Assembly (NCBI GenBank): GCA_020725175.1
Contig: DYFM01000009.1
Location: 1-55,048 of the forward strand
Length of the DNA: 55,048 nucleotides
Source of the DNA: Candidatus Paceibacter sp.
Lineage (GTDB): Bacteria; Patescibacteriota; Patescibacteriia; Magasanikbacterales; UBA922
Direction of reading: 5' to 3'
Below are positions 9,107 through 16,900 of the stretch, piece by piece (within the stretch, counting starts at the first letter, position 1; each line of letters opens with the position of its first letter). A program made the translations under genes and the position numbers. The notes beneath the pieces were generated by a model, which was given only the letters and a program-made list of their open reading frames with translations, had not been told where the DNA came from and did no database searches.

Positions 9107-10471
9107 TTATTGTTCTTCAGATCCAAAATCTTCATCTCTCTGGCGTCTTCCGGCTGCCATAGCCAATCCTAGAAGCGCTGCTCCAAAACCAAGTACGAGC
9201 CAAGTTCGGACGCGGCTGAATGTTGGTAGTAAACTCTTTTCCAAGGGGTTATTATCCTGTTTATCATTTCGATCATCACCATCAGTATCCATTTTCAATG
9301 GATCCGTGCCAAGTGTTCGTTCTTCTTTGTCCGTCAAACCATCCCCGTCAGTATCTTTACTTTGCGGATCTGTTCCCAGTGCCCGCTCTTCTTCGTCACT
9401 CAGTCCATCATTATCATCATCCGGATCCGCTTCATTTCCTGTTCCATCAAGGTCCGTATCTGCCCATTCTTTTGGATCAAGGGGAAATAAATCTAAAAAG
9501 TCATCAAATCCGTCGCCATCGGTATCTTTTTTTAATGGACTAATACCTTGAATAACTTCACTACCATCTTCCACCCCATCGTCATCAGTATCAGCTTTGG
9601 ATGGATCTGTTCCACGGGTCTGCTCTTCCGTATCGGTCAAACCATCATCATCAGAATCAGTTTTTCCGGGTTGCAACCCCAGTCGCACTTCTTCCGCATC
9701 TGATATTCCGTCTCCATCGGAATCAGCTTTTCTTGGATCACTGCCATATTGATATTCTTCGGCATCAGTAAGTCCGTCTCCATCAGTATCTGAATTCAAC
9801 GGATCACTCCCAAACACAACTTCATCACTATCCGGAAGCCCATCATTATCATCATCCGGATCACTTGCATCTCCTATTCCATCATTGTCCGCATCCGACC
9901 AATTGTGAGGATCTAGCGGAAACAAATCTCGATCATCAGCGTACCCATCGCCATCAGTATCTTTTTTTAATGGATCAGTTTTTTTCTGCTGCTCCTCAAT
10001 ATCACTCACACCATCACCATCATCATCTTCATCAGTACTATTTCCAATCCCATCTGCATCCGTATCTTGCTCAATGGATATTGTTCTTTCAGTAACATAC
10101 CCACCGGCATCTTTTGGAAGTACAGTAGGTTTCAAAGCATTATCGGCCGCACTCGGGTTTTTGATTTCAGCGCGAAACACCTGCTCACCCTCGGGCAACG
10201 TAAACTCAACCCATACTTGCCGAGCTTGTTCATAGCCCAAATTTTTTACTACTGCTTTTCCTATTTCTTTATCATGATTATAAAACACCACGTCAGCGGA
10301 AAAAAACGGCACCTCATTATTGACAACCACCGTATACACTTTCACCGTCTCTCCGGCAAACGCATGTGAATTTGATAACCAAATTCCATCAGATACCACA
10401 AAAGCATGTGCTTGTGCTGGAAGAAAAAGAATGGTAAAGATGGTACTAAGAAAAAGGAGTGATTTGCGCAT
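9107..10471 (-). CDS. Surface protein with many thrombospondin type 3-like (DxDxDG) repeats and a C-terminal TM anchor
   Basis: More than 12 DxDxDG(L/I)xD units, signal peptide from MRKSLLF (ATG 10471), C-terminal TM followed by RRQR. The ORF-track extension to 10540 comes from a DNA repeat. Confidence 0.85.
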   Translation of the reverse strand: MRKSLLFLSTIFTILFLPAQAHAFVVSDGIWLSNSHAFAGETVKVYTVVVNNEVPFFSADVVFYNHDKEIGKAVVKNLGYEQARQVWVEFTLPEGEQVFRAEIKNPSAADNALKPTVLPKDAGGYVTERTISIEQDTDADGIGNSTDEDDDGDGVSDIEEQQKKTDPLKKDTDGDGYADDRDLFPLDPHNWSDADNDGIGDASDPDDDNDGLPDSDEVVFGSDPLNSDTDGDGLTDAEEYQYGSDPRKADSDGDGISDAEEVRLGLQPGKTDSDDDGLTDTEEQTRGTDPSKADTDDDGVEDGSEVIQGISPLKKDTDGDGFDDFLDLFPLDPKEWADTDLDGTGNEADPDDDNDGLSDEEERALGTDPQSKDTDGDGLTDKEERTLGTDPLKMDTDGDDRNDKQDNNPLEKSLLPTFSRVRTWLVLGFGAALLGLAMAAGRRQRDEDFGSEEQ

Positions 10472-10488
10472 GATAAGATGAAAAGTTT

Positions 10489-10552
10489 GCAAGTTGGCAG
10501 GTTGGCAAGTTGGCAAGTTCGCAAGTTGGCAAGTTGACAAGTTGGCTAGTTA
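10489..10552. repeat. Octamer tandem array (GCAAGTTG)x8, degenerate
   Basis: Units GCAAGTTG GCAGGTTG GCAAGTTG GCAAGTTC GCAAGTTG GCAAGTTG ACAAGTTG GCTAGTTA. Confidence 0.92.
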
Positions 10553-10584
10553 TTGTTTCTAAGAATAAAATCTATAAACGGAAA

Positions 10585-10646
10585 GCAATATAACAATTCA
10601 GCAATATAACAACAAACCCTAATTTCCAATTCCTAATTTCCAATTT
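10585..10646. repeat. Short arrays: GCAATATAACAA x2 (16-nt period) and heptamer CTAATTT/CCAATTT x4
   Basis: Read directly at 10585-10612 and 10619-10646. Confidence 0.7.
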
Positions 10647-10672
10647 CATATACCAACTTACAAGTACCACCA

Positions 10673-10748
10673 TTTCTCTATTTCGTTATTTCGCTATTTC
10701 GTTATTTCGCTATTTCGTTGTTTCGTTATTTCGCTATTTCGTTATTTC
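10673..10748. repeat. Octamer tandem array (TTTCG[T/C]TA)x9
   Basis: TTTCTCTA followed by mostly alternating TTTCGTTA/TTTCGCTA units; same family as 88-123 and 10839-10866. Confidence 0.92.
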
Positions 10749-10835
10749 CCCGCCCAAGGCGGGTCCGCCTTGCTTGCCGGCCTAGGGTGGGGGCGGAGTT
10801 ATTTCGCAACTTGTCAGGCGCAGCGAAGCGGAGAC
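10749..10835. repeat. GC-rich REP-like dispersed element
   Basis: CCCGCC-CAA-GGCGGG hairpin. GTCCGCCTTGCTTG (10763-10776) is identical to 7063-7076, and both are followed by CCT(A/C)GGGTGG...GGGG. Confidence 0.65.
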
Positions 10836-10859
10836 TGATTTCCCTATTTCTCAATTTCT

Positions 10860-11780
10860 TTATTTCAAAGTTTCAACATCCAATTCTTCGCCATCTGTCT
10901 TCACTAGTATATCACCTTGTGTGTCTGTGCGCCACACCTCACTTCCGACCCGTTCGACACGGCGAATGACGCGCAATGACGGATGACCAAACTTATTCCC
11001 CAAACCGGCCGAAAATATCGTATGCAGTGGCGTTGTTTTTTCTATCATTTCAGGAATTGATGAACCGGCACTTCCATGATGTCCGGCTTTTAGCACTTCT
11101 ACATCTAGGATATCCGGATATGATTCGACCAAGTATTCCTCTAACTCTGCTTCCGAATCAGCGAGAAGTAATGTGTCAACATTTCCGTAAGTTAACTTTA
11201 GGATAATTGAACTATTATTGGAGCCGGTATCTTTTTCATGCCCCGGAACATTCGGATTCCGAGCAATTGAGTGGTCCGGATAAAGAAAATGTACAGTCGT
11301 ACTGGCAATTTCCCATGTTTCCGGTTGAGCTAATTCATAATACGCGTTTCCTTCCGCATGTGCCGCTTCCCAAAACGTTTGCCACATATCACTTTGATCT
11401 TTCATATACCCATTGTAGATAATGTTTCCAATCTCAAACCGCTTGATGACATCAACACAGCCACCATAATGATCAAGATCTGGATGCGTCACTACTAAAT
11501 AATCAAGTGTTCGATCATAATACGGCATCACCCGACCCAACGCTTCCAAAATCCGTGCATCAATCGCGCAGTCAACCAACATTTGTCGACCATCCGGAAA
11601 GACAATAAATGTTGCGTCCCCTTGTCCGATATCAAGAAACGTCATTTGTAGCGTTCCGGTAGTTGTTTCTAAAGAAGAATCAAGTGGTTGCGATTCATTT
11701 TGTTCTTTACTTTCGAGAATAAAAAGAAGTACGATTATCACGAATAAAAGGGAAAGAAGAATGAGAAACAGTTTTTTCAT
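10860..11780 (-). CDS. ComEC/Rec2-type metallo-beta-lactamase-fold nuclease domain as a stand-alone protein
   Basis: FLDIGQGDA, THPDLDHYGG, NNSSI, DVEVLKAGHHGS and FGHPS motifs; N-terminal TM anchor. Confidence 0.9.
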   Translation of the reverse strand: MKKLFLILLSLLFVIIVLLFILESKEQNESQPLDSSLETTTGTLQMTFLDIGQGDATFIVFPDGRQMLVDCAIDARILEALGRVMPYYDRTLDYLVVTHPDLDHYGGCVDVIKRFEIGNIIYNGYMKDQSDMWQTFWEAAHAEGNAYYELAQPETWEIASTTVHFLYPDHSIARNPNVPGHEKDTGSNNSSIILKLTYGNVDTLLLADSEAELEEYLVESYPDILDVEVLKAGHHGSAGSSIPEMIEKTTPLHTIFSAGLGNKFGHPSLRVIRRVERVGSEVWRTDTQGDILVKTDGEELDVETLK

Positions 11781-11792
11781 AGCTTAAAAGTA

Positions 11793-11874
11793 ATAGGAAC
11801 ACGGATTGAACGGATATAACGAATACTAACGGATCCGTTTTAATCTGTTTCATCCGTCAAATCCGTGTTTCTAT
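11793..11874. repeat. 82-bp imperfect palindrome of AACGGAT-type ~9-nt units centred on GGATCC
   Basis: The 41-bp arms match at 31 of 41 positions; the sequence closely resembles the GxxExxY-flanking inverted repeats. Confidence 0.9.
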
Positions 11875-11878
11875 CAAA

Positions 11879-13456
11879 TCAATACTCGACCCCCTTATCT
11901 TCGACCGCATCACTTACACTCACTCCTGTCATATATATCGGCACTGGAACACCTTTTTTCTTCACCCCTTTCTGATACTGCCAAATCCAGTATCCAAGCA
12001 GTCCATATAATCCCATCATTCCCCACACCGGCACCGTCAAATCAATCGCCGCAAAGGACAAATCTGAAAACCATCGCACCACTGTCACAATATACGCCAT
12101 TCCCGCCCAAGCCACCCACGCAATAAGCTGACCGAGTGGTTGAAGTATGGCCGAGATTATCACGGCAAAAAACCCAATTCCCATGATAAATGGCAAAGCC
12201 CAAAGAATAAGCACATTGACCATGGGCGCAACAGTGGACAGACGACCAAACTGAAACAAAATTAACGGTAACGTAGAGAGTATCGCGGCAAAGGTCGAAA
12301 TCAAGGTTTCACGCATTCCCAATACCTCCGGTACACGGACAAACCACCGCCGAATCAGCGGCGCAACATAAACTAATCCAAGGGTAGATAAAAATGATAG
12401 CTGAAATCCGGCGTCATATATCAACACAAATGGATTGTGAAGTGTCATCAAAACCGCTGTCAAAACAAGTACATTACCAACCCGAGATAAGCGACCAATT
12501 TGTCGAGTCAACAACACAATGATACCCATGATTCCGGCCCGCACCACCGATGCGCTTGCTCCGGCAAATATTACAAACAGTACTATTCCGGTCACAACAA
12601 CCCAAAACGCTTTTCTTCTTGGGATATACAAATTTACGCAAATACCAATAAAAATAGTCGCAATCAAGGTAATATTATATCCGGATATCGCCACAATATG
12701 CGTTACCCCGGTTCGACTAAATTGTTCATTCAGGCTTCCAAGTCCACCTCGGTACCCATACAAAAGTCCGGCCATAAAGCTCGCATACGGTTCATGCCAC
12801 AAAAGATTGATCTTCAAAGCAAACCAGTCTTTTAATCCCAAAATTCCTCGCATAAACACCGATCCTTCTCCTTCCCCCACTTTTACCATGCTCATTGGCT
12901 CACAAATACTAAACACTCCAAACCGTGCCAAATATTTATCATATTGAAAATCCTCAATCGGCCCCGGCTGTTTCAAATTACAATTCATTTCCAAAACATC
13001 CCCATATGCATACCGCGGATACAAACCTCCTTTAATGTATACGCTGCCGTTCAAATCAAAGTCGTCATTTTTTATGTTTTGTTTGTTTTGAATGTTTTTA
13101 ATATTTACAATATACCTCACCCCATCCATTCGCACATCCGGCTCTGCTCGAACATAGCCCACTAGAGACACTTTCTGTCCGTTATAATAAGAAACGTGTC
13201 GAGAAGAATCTGTCGGGTAAGCCAGGACATATCGAACAAGCCCGAGAAAAAAACAAAACAGTAAGACAACGATAAAACGACTCTTTGGTTCTTTCCAAAA
13301 AATTATAAACAATGTAATGAACAAGAAAAGTGAAAAATAAAGATGGTGATAAGAAATCTGGATATCAACTATAGAAATTGTTCCGACGCCAAGTAAAAAA
13401 GAAAAACAAAACGCGAGAAACGTTTTGCTTTTAAATTGTATGATCCCCCTGAGCAT
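11879..13456 (-). CDS. comEC: ComEC/Rec2 competence DNA-uptake membrane protein (OB plus Competence domain)
   Basis: GVTHIVAISGYNI, ASVVRAGIMG, DAGFQLSFLSTLG motifs; many TM helices. Confidence 0.93.
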   Translation of the reverse strand: MLRGIIQFKSKTFLAFCFSFLLGVGTISIVDIQISYHHLYFSLFLFITLFIIFWKEPKSRFIVVLLFCFFLGLVRYVLAYPTDSSRHVSYYNGQKVSLVGYVRAEPDVRMDGVRYIVNIKNIQNKQNIKNDDFDLNGSVYIKGGLYPRYAYGDVLEMNCNLKQPGPIEDFQYDKYLARFGVFSICEPMSMVKVGEGEGSVFMRGILGLKDWFALKINLLWHEPYASFMAGLLYGYRGGLGSLNEQFSRTGVTHIVAISGYNITLIATIFIGICVNLYIPRRKAFWVVVTGIVLFVIFAGASASVVRAGIMGIIVLLTRQIGRLSRVGNVLVLTAVLMTLHNPFVLIYDAGFQLSFLSTLGLVYVAPLIRRWFVRVPEVLGMRETLISTFAAILSTLPLILFQFGRLSTVAPMVNVLILWALPFIMGIGFFAVIISAILQPLGQLIAWVAWAGMAYIVTVVRWFSDLSFAAIDLTVPVWGMMGLYGLLGYWIWQYQKGVKKKGVPVPIYMTGVSVSDAVEDKGVEY

Positions 13457-13460
13457 ACAG

Positions 13461-13953
13461 AATAGACCGCGAATTAAACGGATGTAACGAATAAAAACGG
13501 ATCTTTTGAAAGTGACTTTTTCAGCTTATTTTCATACACCCTTCTCCGAAACTCTGGTTTTAATCCAAAATTAAACAAAAGACCAACTTCCATGGAAGTG
13601 GCCTTTAAATAGTTTAAGAGCTGTGCTTCATGTTCTAAGCACAAAGATTCAGCAGCTTTAAGTTCAATTATTATCCTCTCCTCAACGACAATATCAGCAA
13701 AATACTCACCAACTTTTATTCCCAAGTCAAACACTTGAATTGGCACCTGCCTTCTACCATGAATATTCATTCTCTGCAATTCATATATCAAAGAGTTTTC
13801 ATACACTTTCTCCAAAAAACCATACCCAAGTCTATTGTATACATTGTAATACGCACGTATAATTTTACCACTAAGCTCCTCCTCTAGCATAGAAATAAAG
13901 TTATAAAACTAATTCGTTATTATTCGTTACATCCGTTTAATTCGCGGTCTATT
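13461..13953. mobile_element. Putative GxxExxY cassette bounded by perfect 34-bp inverted repeats
   Basis: 13461-13494 AATAGACCGCGAATTAAACGGATGTAACGAATAA is the exact reverse complement of 13920-13953. The repeat is certain; mobility is inferred. Confidence 0.7.
13474..13890 (-). CDS. GxxExxY protein (PD-(D/E)xK nuclease-like fold)
   Basis: 138 aa. GFLEKVY is the GxxExxY motif; ADIVVEERIIIELKA gives D...ELK; QLLNYLK..G.L.NFG. Confidence 0.93.
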   Translation of the reverse strand: MLEEELSGKIIRAYYNVYNRLGYGFLEKVYENSLIYELQRMNIHGRRQVPIQVFDLGIKVGEYFADIVVEERIIIELKAAESLCLEHEAQLLNYLKATSMEVGLLFNFGLKPEFRRRVYENKLKKSLSKDPFLFVTSV

Positions 13954-13968
13954 ATACCATCAAATCCT

Positions 13969-16900
13969 TCAAATCACAATCGACACCAACTTTCCTTTCA
14001 CATAAATCACCTTCTTCGGTTCCTTCCCTTCCAACCACTTCGCTACATTTTCCTGCTTGAGTGCCAACTGTTTCACTTCTTCTTCATCAACATCAACGGC
14101 AACATCAATCGTCCCTCGCAATTTTCCATTTACCTGAATGGCAATTGTTACATTGTCAATTGTAAGGTACTGTTCATCACACATCGGCCAACCGGAACGA
14201 GCGATAGATTGCCCATACCCAAGCTGCTGCCACAGTTCCTCTGCAATATGTGGCGCAAATGGTGCCAAAAGCTGAATCAGTGATGCGTATGCTGATTTAG
14301 AAATAGTCTCCGCTTTCATCCACTCATTGGTCAATTCCATCATTTTAGCAATTGCCGTGTTAAACCGCATTTCATCAATATCTTCACTAACTTTTTTTAT
14401 GGTTTGATGTAATGTCTGTAAAACCTTCTTTTCGTTTTCAGCACCTTCTTTTACTTTTCCTTGCAAATTCCATACCCGATCCAAAAACCGTCGTACCCCA
14501 ATCAACCCGTTGATATCCCATTCCACTGCCTGATCAAATGGACCCATAAACATAATATATGTCCGCAAAGTATCAGCACCAAATTGCTCTACCATTTCAT
14601 CCGGATTCACCACATTTCCTTTACTCTTACTCATCTTTTCTCCACCTTTTGCAAGAATCATGCCATGACTGGTTCGTTTGTTGTATGGTTCCTTAAACGG
14701 CACCACACCGATGTCGTACAAAAATTGATTCCAAAAACGGGAGTACAATAAATGTAAAACAACGTGCTCCATACCACCATTGTACCAATCTACCGGTCCC
14801 CAATATTTCATTGCTTCAGGAGATGCCAAGGCCTCAGAATTATTCGGATCCATGTAGCGTAAAAAGTACCAACTTGATCCGGCCCAGTTTGGCATAGTGT
14901 CAGTTTCTCGCCGCGCTTCTCCGCCACATTTCGGACAAGTCGTCTTTACCCAGTCTTCCATCGCAGCCAGCGGTGATTCCCCTGTATCTGTTGGTTGATA
15001 TTTTTCTACTTGCGGCAAGGTTAATGGCAATTGATCTTCTGGAAGCGGAATCCAGCCTGTTGGTTCAACATTTTTTTGAACAATAGGTTCATTTGTTGAA
15101 CAAAAATGACTTACCTCAGGCTCAGCAATAATAATATTTGCCCCCAACTTCGTATGAAAAATTTTCTCTTGACCTTGGGGGACAACCGGATGGTCTTTAT
15201 CGACTATTACGACCCACTCTTTTGCCAATGAACGAATATCATCAAAACTAAATTTCCAATCACAGCTTTTTTCAACCGGCTCACGGCGTTTATCGTTAAA
15301 AGTAGGCTCTGTAAAACAGTCTACCAACACTACTTTTTCTACTGACTCCTGAAGATTTACTTGTTCTAAAAGTTTCATGACTACTGCCCCACCTAAACTA
15401 TGAGCAACAACAATAGTGTTTTTGTCTAACACACACTTCTGTTTCAAATATGCAACCTGTTCTTCAATATTTGGTGCGTCTGAATTTGGAAGAGATGGGT
15501 AAGAAACCTCATGCCCTTTATCTTCCAGACTCTTCTTAAGTTCAATAAAAAAATCTTCTCGTGCAGTCGGATTGAAACCATGAACAAATACGTATTTATA
15601 CTTTTTATTTTCACACTGATCGCACTTAACCAACGGAATCGGCTCCCCCCAATATCTTTGTCGAGAAAATACCCAATCTCGGAGCTTGAACTGTACTTTT
15701 CGTTTTCCCACACCTTTTTCTTCAAGCCACTGAATCATGGTTTCCTTTGCTTGGGGTGTTTTTAGATCATTTAGAAATTCTGAATTGATGGTAATACCTT
15801 CGTCAGAAAAACAATCATTCTTCATGGATAATTGTCGCCAAACATATTTGAAATTCGGTAAATTTAAAAACTCAACCATACTATCTTTTTCTATCCAAAC
15901 AGCTGTATGATTTTTTATTTCTTCCTCATTGGGTTTTTCATACTCACCATCTATCAACTCAAAATATAATCCATGACCAATTGCATATCGATTTTCATCT
16001 TTATGACGTGCAAAAAAAACATTATGGTTTTCTCCACCGACAGATCGCACAAATTTAATATTCTTATATCCTGTTTCTTCACGAATTTCACGCATTGCCG
16101 CTTCCACAATATCCTCACCCTTCTCTACTCCACCAATAATACCAGTGTGCCAACCAAATTTCTCCCAATCAAGACATAAATATGTATCATCTTGCCAATG
16201 TTTTACTATCGCATTAATAGTGTGCCTTTTTAACACCGGTTTATCAGGTCGATACGCATCATCAACTGTATCATTAGCATGAAAAAAGGCCACCACTTGT
16301 TTAATTGGAATATTATATTTTTTAGCAAACTCATAATCCCTCTCATCATGCGCCGGCACCGCCATAATCGCTCCGGTTCCATACGTAGCCAGCACATAAT
16401 CAGCCACAAAAATTGGAATTTCTTCCTCTGTCGCCGGATTGATCGCTTTCAAGCCTTTCAATTCAACCCCGGTCTTTTCTTTCTGCAATTCCGTCCGCTC
16501 CAAATCAGACTTTAACCTTGCCTTCTCAACATAGGTATGTACTTCGTCAACATTTTTAATTGTTCCTTGTTCCTTGTTCCTTGTTCCTTCGAGGAGCTGT
16601 GCGACGAGTTCATGTTCCGGCGCCACAACCATGTACGTCACCCCAAACAAGGTATCTGGACGAGTCGTAAAAACTTCAAGCTCACCAATTTCGCCTTTAT
16701 TTGAACTTAAAACTTTAAACTTTATACTTGCTCCCGAAGAGCGCCCTATCCAATTTTCCTGCTGTGTCCGTGCCATAGGGATATAATCCACTTCATTCAA
16801 TCCATCAAGTAAACTATCGGCGTATTTGGTAATGGCGAGCATCCACTGTTCTTTATCGCGTTTTTCTACCGGACCACCACAGCGTTCACACGTTCCATCG

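Noticed and set aside
9200-9250. LPTFS before the C-terminal TM as a sortase (LPxTG) signal
   Set aside because: The motif does not match LPxTG and no sortase gene is in the window; it is treated as a simple TM anchor.
10472-10540. N-terminal extension MSTCQLANLPTCQPANLQ of the TSP3 protein, and the 10342-10524 ORF
   Set aside because: These are translations of the GCAAGTTG DNA repeat; a normal signal peptide starts at MRKSLLF (10471).
10489-10866. CRISPR array or CRISPR remnant
   Set aside because: Units are 7-8 nt and contiguous, with no 23-47-nt repeats, no unique spacers and no cas genes.
13451-13963. Target-site duplication around the GxxExxY cassette
   Set aside because: The flanks (…ATACAG and ATACCA…) give no directly abutting direct repeat, so a classical DDE-type IS/MITE call is not supported.
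15075-16260. Inteins in LeuRS
   Set aside because: Neither insert shows a Cys/Ser start with a His-Asn/[CST] C-terminal junction or a LAGLIDADG motif; both resemble ordinary enzyme domains.
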